Below are positions 49,196-61,745 of a DNA stretch of 64,000 nucleotides, piece by piece. Origin of the DNA: Raillietiella orientalis (lineage: Eukaryota); assembly GCA_036172245.1 (NCBI GenBank), contig JAYWIR010000031.1:806001-870000 (forward strand), given 5' to 3'. Made by a program: the position numbers and the translations under genes. How positions within the stretch are numbered: position 1 is the stretch's first letter; each line of letters begins with the position of its first letter. Below the pieces are notes generated by a model, which did no database searches, was not told where the DNA came from, and saw only the letters and a program-made list of their open reading frames with translations.

Positions 49196-51425
49196 GTCAG
49201 TCGACTTTTTGCTAATTATACGAGAAGACGAAAATTCATTTTTTAAATGCATCCATTTGGTTGAAATATCAGATGCGGACTGTATTATCAGGAACGATGT
49301 GATTCACTGTACATTAAACTTAGGCGTGAGGTGGGTTTTTGTACTTAGCTAAACTCGCGAATGCAGATAACTTAAATTCTCCTCGACATTTTTGTGCCGA
49401 ACACAGAAAACGTACCCTTCCGGTCTTTGAAGCCTTCATCAGAAGCGCAAAACAGAAGAATATCGAGATTGAAAGCATTCGTTCAGGCATCTCCAGGGAG
49501 TTGATGATTACAAAGACACTGGAAAGTAGTAGGGAAACTCGTAACTCCGAACTACTACTGTAGCAAGGTTGAATCGCTGTTCCTGACTTCTTGAATCTGA
49601 GAGTAAATGGAATGATTTTCGCCTCGGTCTTATTCCAAGGAAGTGAAGGAAAAGTATGACAGCTATTATTAAGAAATATATATTCGAAAGCTCATGCGAA
49701 AAGATAAGGAGGTCTTTCAGGACACTTGAAGATTTTAGAAGTTCGCAGAGTGCTATTGCCCTTGGTGAAACTTCAGAGGCTTCTTCAGCTATCAAGCACC
49801 TTATACTCTGTAGAAGTGCCAAACTTCTCGAGCATGCTCTCTCACGTAAATGGTACACTTCTACAGAGTGCGTATGCACTTCGCTTAGAATTCAATTCAG
49901 GATCGAAAGCTTCTGTGTATCCAGAAGGATTTTCTCCCTAAATGTCATCATTATGGGGCATTCAAACCCCAAGACAGCCACTGGTTTAGAACTCAATTTC
50001 TGCAATCCTGTATCTTGAAACTTTCGTGTACGCAATAGCTCCGTGTGCCTTTCACCTTCCTCTAAACTCCTGCAGGTGCTCCGCAGGTGTATCAGAACTG
50101 CTTGTAGCAACCCACAAGGTACACCCAATCTAAGCTTGAAATTGCACCCAAAGTTTCATGATGTAACAAGGGAAGCCTTTTGCAACCAAGGAGGACGCAG
50201 GACTGAACCACGTTCCGTCTTGTGACGTTCGCATCTGCAGCGCATTTAGTGCATTTGCTTGCTGCTCCAGCAGCACTCAACAGCTCGCTCTTTTCCTTTT
50301 TCTGCTAGCTTTGGCACGGAAGCGAGAAACTAGGAAAACTACACCACACCAGAGCTACTGCCACCAAGGAAACAACCGTTCCGAGTGAACGGGCAGTGAC
50401 TACACGAAAGGTGTTGCAATAGGAAGAATCCGTTTTTCCTCTCCCTGAGCGTCATCCGCGACTGAAGTAGCCTGCAATTTTACTCGAGGATGGAACACCA
50501 GACGATGAAGGCTGAGTCTGCTGGAGCCACCATGATTTGTGCTTCGTGCTAGCTGTCTTTGTTTGTTTCAAGTGTTTGGGATCGGACGGCGGGGTTTCAG
50601 TGGCTAATTCTTTGCTATGATGGTGCAACACGTGAGCTAGCAACTTTAAGGCGATCGCAAGCAACACCAGAAAGAAGCACACTAGGTTCCTTGAAACAGC
50701 AATACAGTGATGCATAATTTCGAGCTCTTCGGCATTCACTGTTATATCCAGGATCCGGAGGGATGTTTTAGGAGATCCAAGGGCACTGAGTAGACAGTCA
50801 GCGGATAGTCAAGGAGCTCAGTTCTCATTTTCGTTTTTTTTTTTTTGTTTCTTATCGTAGTTCGCAAAGTTTTTGAACCGTCAGATTCATAAGATCACCA
50901 CTTCCGTATTTATCTTTTTGTTAAATGTGTGAAAGGATGCCAACACAGTCATTGATCTGTTACTCCCCTTCCGCTTTGTCTTCCTTTCCTCCTCTTCTAG
51001 TTTTTCTTTTTTTTTTAAAAAAAAAAAAAAAAAAAACGCATAAGGACGATGAGTAGCAAATTAGTAGTTGCAATTCTCCAAAATGCAAAAAAGGATGGTA
51101 GGGTGAGAGATATAATGGAAGTAATAGAAGATAGCATCACACACAAACAAAAAAAGTGCAGCTACTTTGGGTACATGAATAGGTCCCCAGACATGCTAGA
51201 AGCTGCAGGTTCTGGGAATCCTGTAAGCGCATCTTCAATTCTAGTGTTTCAGACTTCCAGCAGCAGAAGTGCTTCTGGCTGCAGACGCTCCACCCGTAAA
51301 TTCGAATCAAATGAATCAATTCAAATCACATTCGAATCAATCACTTTTTGTGCAACAAGGAAAACGAAAGGAGGCCTCGTGCTTCAGAGGTTTCGAACTC
51401 CACGGTGATTTCACCTCAATTCCAG

Positions 51426-51608
51426 ATCACTGCGTGATAGACGGGAAGCGGTACAGCAACGGCGAACTGGTCGTCAAGAAAGACGCATGCACCATCTGTC
51501 GCTGTTATTTGAGCAACATCCTCTGCCAGAGAACGGAGTGTCCTCAAACTCCTGAAGGATGCAAACCAGAATTTCAGGAAAATTTCTGCTGCCCCGTTTT
51601 CATATGCG
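51426..51608 (+). CDS. von Willebrand factor type C (VWC) domain exon
   Basis: Acceptor tttcacctcaattccag (an alternative in-frame acceptor exists at 51260). DHCVIDGKRYSNGELVVKKDACTICRCYLSNILCQRTECPQTPEGCKPEFQENFCCPVFIC shows the CxxCxC and CCPxxxC VWC signatures. Donor G|gtaatg. Confidence 0.88.
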
Positions 51609-51658
51609 GTAATGACAGATGACCTGATGACTCGCTAATTATGAGATACTTCTTTCAG

Positions 51659-52101
51659 ATAACGATACCATCATAAATAACAAGAACGTAGATTCTCTGC
51701 CTAAACTGAAGCCAATAGGAACAACAACTCTCAAGCAGCCGCACATCTTTGTGAACAGTGAACCTTCCTGGCACCCGCAGGCTCTGAAGCCGATTCGTGC
51801 TCCCAATCTGAAAGTGGTGCCCGCTTCACCAGAGAAGATGAAAGTGATCACTTTCGTGCCTGCCAAAGCTGTCACCGCGTTTAAACCTTTCACGGTGGCG
51901 GAGAGCACGAAGGCACCTCCTTCTACGAAACCTCCATTGATGAGTCTGAGCAATTCGCTTTTCGATTCTTTTAAAACATCCGGATGCCTGATTTACGGAA
52001 GGACATACCGAGTGGGAAGGGTCATCAATGAACTGTCGGGACCATGCAAGGAATGCAAGTGCACAAACATTGGTATTTCCTGCTCGGCCACGAAATGCTA
52101 A
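51659..52101 (+). CDS. Terminal exon: Pro/Thr/Lys-rich linker and a C-terminal half-VWC module
   Basis: A 50-nt intron with a ctaat branch site and tctttcag acceptor keeps phase 1. The frame ends GCLIYGRTYRVGRVINELSGPCKECKCTNIGISCSATKC*. Confidence 0.85.
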
Positions 52102-53869
52102 GAATCCTGAAGATCGAAGATCTGCAAAACTACAGCGGTTTCACATTAAAATGAAGGCTCGTTTGTTTGACGGGAGAAACGAAGGGGGTACTCACATTCC
52201 GTCTGAAATGGGAGAGACGAAGGGGCGGAGTCTTGCCCTGATGTCTCTTTACCTTGAAATGACAAAGAGTTCGAAATAAATCTTGCCTTGTGAGCTTTAA
52301 TCCTCCTCCCCCAGCACTTGAGTGTCGCTTCATTTTATTTCTGTATTTCATCGCATCTAAGTGACAACTAGAAATTCTCATCCTTGGAGACTCAGCTTTT
52401 GCGCTCCGCAGTTCCAGGATCGAAGGAAACGGAAGAGAGGAAGATCCCAAAGTGCCACCTCTTTTTGCAACTTGATATGAGTGGGAAGTGCCTTGCGATG
52501 CGCCCTGCAAGAGCCCATCTCCTTCTACGGTAGGTAGTTCCATGTCACCTCGTTGCCAGCCAAACTCAAGGAGTGCATCTGTGTGTAGACGCTTCTTTTT
52601 TTTTCTTCTTTCTTCCTAACGCCTTGCCTCTAAACACTGCAGCAGCCCAACAAAGTTTCTAAATCTAATTTTCCGTTTAATCGAGACCACTGATCGAAGA
52701 AGCGCCATCATTGCGTGCTGCTAATTCGCGTTAGTGCACAAATGTTTGGCTACTTCCAGTTTGTGAGAGATTTCGGAGCAGCTTTCCGTTTTTGACATCG
52801 ACTCGTCATGGAAACACAATTTCCAGAGCGTGCCTTAGAGAACGGTCACTCACGAACCACAATTCTCTGCCTGAGCTGATCCACCAGTCCTCGAAGAGTA
52901 GGATTGTGGATCCAAGATGCTCCTGGAGTGCAAATGGTGCAAGCTTTTCATTTCGGCATGAAGCTGTAGCTTCTGCAGCTTCAGACTGGAACAAACAAAA
53001 AAATTCCAGGCAGAAGATTCACGGTTCACAGCGGTGGTGATGTTCAAATAAAAAATCATCTAACAAGCCTGCATTGCATCTTGAAAGCATTGTCTCCCCA
53101 GATTCCACAAGATTTCAGACAGGGAAAATGATTTTCAATACCATATAATTTTTTTTTTAATATATAAATGGCCTGTAGGGACCTCACGGGGAGATCGTTA
53201 CTGTTGCCTAGGATGATTATCACCCGATTATGCTGGGGCATTTATTATATGAAGCAATAAAAATACATCGGTATGGTAGAATCCTTAGTTCCACTTGCCG
53301 AAGAGCGACGCGCAGATCGGCTAGATCCGTTTTGAAAGCGTGGGGGAAGGGAAAACAAAAGCAAAAAAATAAAAAAAACAGGGGAGAAGGATTTATACAC
53401 GGGTGAGGAGGGGAGAGAGGGAGGAATCACGGCACGCTTCCAGACGTCCTCTGCATCCTGTTCAGGATGCTGGCAAGTTTCGATAGTGTTCAGGTGAGGA
53501 TCTCCAGGCAGTCTTCAGGAAGATCCGCCCACGTGGATGGCGTCCCTGCCATTTCGGCCTCTTCTTCTGGAGTTCCAGGCCGCCATGATCCTGCAAACGA
53601 AGCAGAGAACTGCAAGAGTCGCGGTGAGTCACGGGCGAGGAGGCGTTTCAAAATGTCCCTGGAGCCTCCCACTGGGGTTCCTAAGGTTGTTGAGAAACGA
53701 TCCCCAAGGATCGAAGGGAAGAGCAGTCCAACAGCAGGTGTGGGAGGGTCTCCTTCCCGCACCTGCCACACTGAGGTGTGCAGTGCTGAAGGCGCGCTTT
53801 GCGCAGGATTTCACCATTCAACACCAGCAAAGCTACAGTTCCTTACTACGGTCCACTCCACCCGATGGT

Positions 53870-54685
53870 GCGTGTCAACTCTTTAGGATTGAGGGTACCT
53901 CGGGAAGGAAGCACCCTGTGAATCCAGAAACGCGTCGGGGGAAGGAGTCCGTTCCTCTTACGCTTGGGAGGGAACTCGGAAGGAAACCCTCGTCCTGGTC
54001 GTCTCCGAAGGCAATCCCAGAGAGAACCTCTTCCGTATTTCCTTCAGATAGGGCACTCCGAAGGAATTCCTCCTCGTTTCTATTCCGAAGGGAACCCAGA
54101 AAGGATCCTCTCCTGGAATTTCTTCTCCAGAGGGAACCCGCAGCTTTGCTTCCTCCTTTGAGGAGAACAGAAGCGTCCCTTCGGGGTTCTCTGAAGAAAA
54201 CCCCGAAGGGACGCTTCCGAAACTCAGAAGGGGCTCTGTAGTTTCCCGCAGGGAATCGCTCAGGCTTGCTTACTTGCACTCTCTGGAGAGGAGGCGACTC
54301 GGAGGGTCCCCCCCGCAACAGAGGAGGATCCGCTCCTTTAAACAACTAGAGAGGTGCCCGTGAGGGCTCCTGCTTCATCTTGAAACCGGAGGGGTCCCCC
54401 GGTGAGGGGGGCCCTCTCTCCGTTGCACGACCGGAGGGGGAACTCCCCACTCTTTGATTCCTGGGAGGACCCGAAGGTCGACTCCCATTGTTCCGACCTT
54501 CATCGGGGGCCTCCGGGCTTTAACCGCTACCGGTGCCACGCCCGGATGTTTCGGCCAACCAGCGCCACTGCAGGAGAAACCCGGAACCCAACGACGCAGT
54601 GGCGTCAGTTTCTGCAGGAGTATTCGAACCCACGATGCATGGTGCCACGCGCGGAAGCCTTAACCACAAAGCCTCCAACGCGGGC
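53870..54685 (-). mobile_element. SINE-like GC-rich repeat, copy C (uninterrupted: tRNA-like head, linker and hairpin-rich body)
   Basis: The head reads GCCCGCGTTGGAGGCTTTGTGGTTAAGG...GGGTTCGAATAC on the minus strand. The body is collinear with 21275-21790 and 17975-18437. Confidence 0.85.
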
Positions 54686-57600
54686 AGTGTTAAAACCGTG
54701 GTAAAACGAAAGGTCAGTTCATTCAGTCCAAGCCGCTTGAAAATTATGAGATATTCAAAGAAGGCACGAAGGCGGGAAGGAACCAAGTGGATACCATCAC
54801 AGAGTATTTGGAAAGACGCCGCATGCTTTTAACATACGGTCCTTTTGCACCTGTAAACGTATCCTACTGTCTTCAAGAAGACGAATATCCTATGATTTTT
54901 CTGCCATCTGTTTCTCATAGCTTCTCTTAGCTCACAGTGTGTGGATGTGGCACTTTCATTTGTGAAGTAGGGATTCAGTACAACCCACTTTACAAATAGG
55001 TTGTACTGCTTTTTTAGCTTCCGACGTAGTTGAAGGGAACATCATAGAAGAAAGGGCCTTGCATGATGGTCAATTCAAAGTAGACGTTATCATCTTCTCT
55101 TTCTTGCGTTACCGCGGGGCACTCAGTGCTGCACACCAGGAGAATGTATCTTGTCTAAAGCCAGCTCAGCGGTGGTGCGAACTGGTGAATGCAGAGAGAG
55201 CACACAAAGGAACTCTCAGGAGATGGGTACCGCCCAGTTCAAAATTATACACTGGAATCGCGAAACGGAAAGTCCAGAAGAGTCTTCCGGTCCCAGAACG
55301 AAGTCACTACGGGAACCAGCTGAGCTCGTCCAAGAGGAAAGGTGACACCAAAAATAGCCACTGGCAACAAAAACATCCATTAAGGTTCCGCCTTTCTATT
55401 ATCTCGATGAGAAATCTACCAGAGGATCATCTGACGAGTTATGTCGCAATGTGCCTGTCAAGGACAAGGCATGGAAATCTGCTTTTCCATTTAAATGTTC
55501 AGTTACCCATGTGACCACGGATTCTTGTCTCGTCTCGATCCAAAGCACTTCTTCCGCAAACAACGACCAGGAGATTCCAGAGATACTTGATGAAACCTTT
55601 CTTGGAGAAACAGGAGATATTTTTCAGTTGTCACTTCAAAGAATTCGGTTAAACCTTCGTCTTCACAAGGGTTGCACACAAGATGGTCAGAAGACAGTGT
55701 TGGTAAGCCCGTCGGAAGGCCGAGGAACTCGAGCGTTCTATCGCTCAGCTTGAGCAGCATTAAGTATACAAGCATGCACGAAATTTCTCCTATCGAAAAG
55801 ACACCACTCCACTTGTGGTCAGAGGAAATTAGGTAGTCCAAGTGACTGTGGCACTCAGCGCCATTACTGCAAGATAAACGAAACAAAGCAGTTCGTTCCT
55901 TCTCTTTTCCTGCTAACTTCGGCACATAGGTTCTTCTAGCCGAGAAGTCACCTCTGTACAGAGGTGTCTTCTTCTATCCTTTCCTTCCAGATCTTCTCGT
56001 CTAGAAGACAACTCTATTGTGACCGAAAAGCCGTTCCGAGTGAATCAGCAATGAGTATAGACAAGAACACTGAGAGTGGAGGAATCTGGGAAAATCAATT
56101 TTCCTGTCCTGTTTTCTATTCGGAGCATCTTTAAAACATCTCCAAAAGTTCCTGCTTTCTTTCTCTTCATGGAGACGCAAATGCTGTGTGCCTTGGCTAC
56201 TCCAGGAAGTTTTCTTGTCTCTTAAACGCCAAGAAATGGCACATTTCAGAAAGGAGGATTGCCAGACAACCAACATGAATGCATGTTGCTGTCCCAGAAA
56301 TTCGCAGCCGTCCCTCTGTCTGGTGAGCTGGACAGGGGACCTGCCCATCTTGCGATTCGCATCCCGATTCTGGTTTTAAAGATGCACGATCTTCCTTGCG
56401 GTGAGCTCCATCATAGAGAAGTTCTCTGGCATCCATAGTCAAGGAACAGGATTCTTGTAGTACATTGTGCCGCTGTTTTCATAGCGGCGAACTGCTTGAT
56501 TGCACCATTTCGACTTCTGGTACTCCATCTTACGGTTCCCCTCTTGAAGTCCTGTCGTCGAAGCTATAAAAGTTGTAGTTTTCACTGCTCCGCAGTGCTA
56601 CTCTTCATATGAAGAAGAAATGTTTGAAGAGCCTCAAAAGAAGTTTCTCCATTGGGCCTCTTCTGGAAATGATCCAGTGTTTTCCAACATCGTTGAATAT
56701 CTATGATTTCGAATGAGTTTGTTCTACATGATCGTGTGGTGTGAATAGCCTGCGTTTTCATCTAAAATTGCCGCTAATAATGTGCTCCCGTTTCTTTTTT
56801 TTTTACTTTAAGATTATGACCTCCACAGCTTCCTGTCTTGTCTGCTGATATTGCAGGTATTCCCGATGCATCCTGTACAATTTGTCTTTTTGTTTTTAAA
56901 GTTTCAGAGCGATGGATTCCATTTATCGTACTGAAATTTGCATTCGTTTGGACGGTCACTGAGACAAAATGGCGTCTCACATTCAATTAAAAACAAACTC
57001 TAATTGGAATGTCCTCTTCCTTGATTTGCAAGTGAAAAAGGATTCCATAGGCTTGATCGCAATACTTCGACTCTGTCACCGAGGATTGACCGACTCTTTG
57101 TTTAGTTTTTCTCTTTCATTTAAGTGGTCAGTGTTTGTAAACTGTGCATCAGAAATTTAAGTGGAGAGCTCTAAAGACAAAACTTTCACTTTCGAAGGCA
57201 CGAGATCTGTGTTGCACTACTCTCCTATTCCTGTGTTATTGACCTTCTCCAGAACACATTTACCCGTGTTTTTTTTTTTTTTTTAAGAACATGCCAATGT
57301 ATGTAGGTTGCAAACAAAATTTGGAAGAAAATCTTGTAAGGGATTTGGGTGTTATTTCCTGTGAAAGAAAAGCCTGCAGATTCAACTCTCACAATATCAA
57401 AAGAGAGTACCTTTTTTCCTAGAGTTCAAAACTGGTTAGTTGGAACGAACGATCATTCGACAGCTCCAAACATCTCTTCAGTTTGTTTCAAATGGACCGC
57501 CATGCCGAAACCCAGAATACAGAATTCTCGAAAATTTCTTGAGAAGGCAAAGGGTAACATCCGTCTCCTCTATGAGGGCGCATTACAGGCTGTCTCTTTT

Positions 57601-60600
57601 GACGTTGGTTGCCTTCGTGAATGATGTACAAATGCAGGCGTCCGGCCATGTACAAAACTCTACATCGACAGGGACACGCTGTGAAGCGCTTCAATGAAAA
57701 CGCATTTAGTTATTCGCATTTGCTGAAGAAAATCACCTACCACATTATATAAAAGTCAAATATTTAAATTCATATTATAATCAAATTATTTATAATAAAG
57801 TGTTTTTGAAAGTAATTTTTTCTGCGTACCGTATCAAATATCAGATTGAAATTTCATGAATTCTAGGAAGAGTAAGCGACTCAGCTTGGCGTCACAGAAT
57901 TTAATATTTTAGCGTTCTCATATTCATACTGTAAGTTCATTATCGTCAGTTCGACTGCTTATTTTCTGAACAGTGTTCGCAGGTCGAACTGTTTATCTGC
58001 TTTTTAATAACTGATCCTGACTGAACTTCAACCTAACAAAAATGTCGCCCAGACCATGTAATATTTACACGTTCCTATCGACGACTGCTCAGAGCTAATG
58101 GTTCCGCCGTCTGGACAACTTCTTAACAAAGTTCTTCATTTCATTTTGCCATGTGAGAAGAAAGTGTCGAGAAGCATTCGCAGATTTCACTCTCGAAAAA
58201 GTATTTGAAAACGGATCCGATGGCGCACCTCTGCTTCTCTATCAGTTGTTCCCCAGGACTGCCAATGGTCGCTTGCGTTATTTCTTGAAAGACGACACGT
58301 GGTCAACCGGGCAAACGTAGAGGCAAGTAAAGGTCAAAGAAAGATTCCAGATTGATGAGCCGATCGGAAAATTAAAGATCAGACAAAAAGTCACCGCAAA
58401 GAAGAACGTTGCATTGATCGTTCCAGTCGAGGAGCTAAAAGGACTCGTTTTTGTTGTACATGGGGATAACATCCAAGTAACGAAAGCCATAGACCGATTC
58501 TGTTCACATTATATTTGTTGTCTGAATGTAAACGCCCATTCGACAATTTCTAATAAGGGAATGTTTTAACCTACACGTGTTCAGCGAAGAACTTTTATCC
58601 ACCTTTATTTGATTTCAGCTGAACATAAAGTAGTAGGCAGCGGCGGTGAAGAAGCAGAGACATCAATGCTAAATCATGCAGCTACTAATAGGAGGATCTT
58701 TAGCTAAGAGTAGTCCGTGCAATCATCAGTTCATGGGGCTAGAGATTTATAAACAAATAAAGCGTCTATTTGTGAAATAAATAATCCTGAGAGTCCTAAC
58801 GAATATTAACAAACTGCATATGTTCTTGTCTCCATAATTGTTTCCTTTTCTCCGGTGATTTCAACCTTGGATTCTGGTGCTTTCCTTTAGGCCACATTAC
58901 ACAACACAAAGCCATCAAACATGTGGGCGAGCCGTTGCAATCGATGCAATAGAGAAAAACAATAAAATTTCCGTTCCTGATGAGAAGTACTCAGTTTGGA
59001 TTCATAAATCTGCTCATACTTGGCATCGTCGACACCCTTTCTTGTGTGCTCTCGGCATCCAAGTGGCATTCACATTTCCAAAGCAATGATGGGTTCTTCC
59101 AGATCCCGAAACCATTGAAAAGCAATACCTTGTTGAAGAAAGAAGAACGAGCGCATCCAGAGAATTCAGCGCCATTCGTGCTGCATTAACAAGAACCTTA
59201 ACGATAGTGACGATATCTAAATTCAAGACCAGACAGGGATAAACGGATTCCTTTAGTTCATCGCTCTGAGACAAATGAAATAAAGTACCCTTTAGTGTTT
59301 CAAAGCAGTGAGCTACAACTCGAAGTCTTTGAGTCATTCGCTGAAACAAAACATGTTTATTGGATCGACTTATGTGATCTCATCCAATCTTTATATAAAT
59401 AGCCCACATGAGATTCAGGAAACATTTTCTAGGAAGACATCATTTGTTTGTTTTTGTTCTTTGGGACGGGATACAAAAGACTTGGAAAAAGTAGAATCCC
59501 ATGCGAAGATTAGCAGAACCTTGAGATTAGGAATTCATCTATAATATTATAGCGGATGGATACGAACTTGAATGAAAATGAAAAGTCAACTTGACACTAA
59601 AACAAGTATCTTTGAAAGGCCAAAAACACCATCGATAAACTGAACAAAGATAGGATAGATAGTGCATCTCTATCTCCATTAGAATAGTTATATCCCCTGA
59701 TTATCTGCTGTAGCTCACGCTCTGCGATATGTGATTCTAAGAAAGTGAAAGTCTGTATCACAGCACTGAGCCAGTAAAATGGTACTTGGATGGAAGTGTG
59801 AAAGAAGAATCCCGAGGGTAGTTGAGTGGACAACCACTGGACTAGTCCTAATTGAGCGGACAAACTTTCGTTCTGAGACTTCTAAATGTATTGAAGTCGA
59901 GTTGAAACTCCAAGCAGATGTATTGGAACAGAGAATAGGCAGCAAAACAATTCAATGGAGAGGACAAGTGTAAATAGCAATCCTCAATAGGTGCCGTCAA
60001 AGAACACTAGTTGCATTCTTGCACAAGTTTAATCAGGATCCAGATGGAATGCCCTGCAATTTATCAATTAAGTTGCTGCAGAGAATTTTTCCATTTCAAA
60101 TGACGCCTTCATAAAGCCTAACTCAGGCAACTGCAACTAAATGAAAGTGACAAATTATCAGAAAGCCCCATTGAGAATGTCTCAATTTTGCTTTTCTACG
60201 ATATATATTCACCTGTTCTAGCGAAATCAACCCTGAGACACAACTGAGTCTTTCCAAAAAGGGAAGAAAATGAGCCTTCCCCTACTGATCAGGAAAAAAA
60301 AAACACGAACTGCACCATCTTGGAGATAGAGGATGCATCCTGTCATGATTTGGCACTCTGACAATTGGAGAACCGAATCATCAATACAACTGTTGCATTC
60401 AGAAATAGCACAGAGGATTATAGGCAGTGGCAGAGTAGAAAATGCACAAAATATGAGGATCAGACGTCTTCCATCTAGAAAAAGGGAGATCACCTGTATC
60501 TGGGTGCCACACTCGTTCAAAGTTCTAGAAGCATGAGATTTTTATAATGGCTAACCACTGGCACCTGGATTTTCCGACTACCGAATAGTGTCTGAATGGC

Positions 60601-60609
60601 TTTCTGTCG

Positions 60610-61745
60610 CTCCTACCGCATACGGAGCGCGCCACGAGAAGCTTCGGTTTCCCGTTGAAACCGCTCTACCGGCTCCTGGTAGCCCACGCATGGATCACCT
60701 GCCGTCCAACGAACTTTGACGCCTGGCGGCAGGAATCGTTGCATGCCTGGGCAAAGCAACAGGATGCTTCGCTCTTGGAACTCCGTTGCGCCAACCTCTC
60801 CCCGTACTTCACGGTGAATGAGGTCTGGAACAGCCAGGAGAAGTGGGCTCTCCTGGCCGTCATGCCCCTCGCTGTCAGCCCTCAGGGCAAGTGATGACAG
60901 CTGCCTGCCGGCGAGGTGGGAGGTCGCCTGCACCATCGCAGGAGCAACCCGACCCATAGGCGGCTGGAGGACTTGCGAACTGGCAGACGCCGCCACGCCT
61001 CACCACATCCCGAAGGGACTCCTTCGGTGAAGTGAACACTTGAGTGTGCCCCCCGAAGAACTTGTGGTCCCTCCCTCCTGTTTGAACACTTCCGTGTTCC
61101 CTTTAACTTGGAAACAGGACGTCATCATGCTGGTGCATTGGGGTTTCCACACCAACCAGCGGACGAACCGTGTTTCCGGGGGAGTTGTCTCCCCGAACTG
61201 TAAACGGTGCGGGGAGGTGGAAACGCTCCTGCACCTGCTCTTGGACTGCGGTGTCCTCCAAGGACTGTGGCAGAGGCTGGCCTCAGCTCTCCAGCACCAG
61301 GAGGACACCGCAAGAGACTTGATGCGCCGCTTCTTCACGCCAGGCGGCCTGTCCTTAGGTGCTGTCATCGCAACGGTCTGTTGCACCCGCGCCATCGACA
61401 AGGCCCACCGAGAGCTGGAGAAGCTGGCGACTTGTCGTCAGGCCACAGGATTAGCCGGCGCTAACATGGCGTCGACTGCCGAGTGGGCCCATCTTCCGGA
61501 AGACGTTAGGAGCGAGATCACCGGCATCCATAGCCGGTTCTGAAGGAAAGGAACGGCCAATCCAAAGACCCCTGTCCCCTCTCCTCCCCATATCTTTATT
61601 TCTATTTTTTATATGTGTTTTTGTGGTCCCCTCCCTCCCGTTCCGGACTTCCGGTACACCGACCTGCGTGTCGGGGATCCCCCCCCTTCGTTTCTTCTGT
61701 GTCCTTTGTCCGGGAACTCTGTTCCTGGATAGTTTAGCAATAAAC
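60610..61745 (+). mobile_element. 5'-truncated L1/Tx1-type non-LTR retrotransposon 3' end (zf-RVT knuckle and 3' UTR)
   Basis: ORF 61040..61543 contains HWGFHTNQR...SPNCKRCGEVETLLHLLLDCGVLQGLWQRL (CxxC-x7-H-x4-C). It is an abrupt GC-rich block with upstream stops, a pyrimidine-rich 3' UTR and AATAAA at 61739. Confidence 0.8.

Larger units (their letters stand above)
49700..53552 (-). pseudogene. Probable fragmented F-box/LRR pseudogene
   Basis: ATG at 53552 gives MAGTPSTWADLPEDCLEIL/HLNTIE...VWKRAV (F-box start, frameshifted). LRR-like pieces lie downstream on the same strand: FVSDRSLRHALE (about 52830), HSLSLAGNEVT and QKLSLQG (about 52380-52580), DSQNLQLL (about 51200), LRSTCRSLEE...LCELLKSSSVLK (about 49715-50100). 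These pieces contain stops. Confidence 0.42.

Noticed and set aside
54189..54250. Hammerhead ribozyme (CUGAAGA...CGAAAC...GUU)
   Set aside because: Stem I is not adjacent to CUGA, stem II is poor, the region is sequestered in a 19-bp hairpin, and copy B lacks GAAAC.
54605..54685. Functional tRNA gene (also at 13.3, 18.9 and 22.5 kb)
   Set aside because: The B-box is present, but the acceptor and anticodon stems do not pair and there is no oligo-T terminator. The copies behave as SINE heads.
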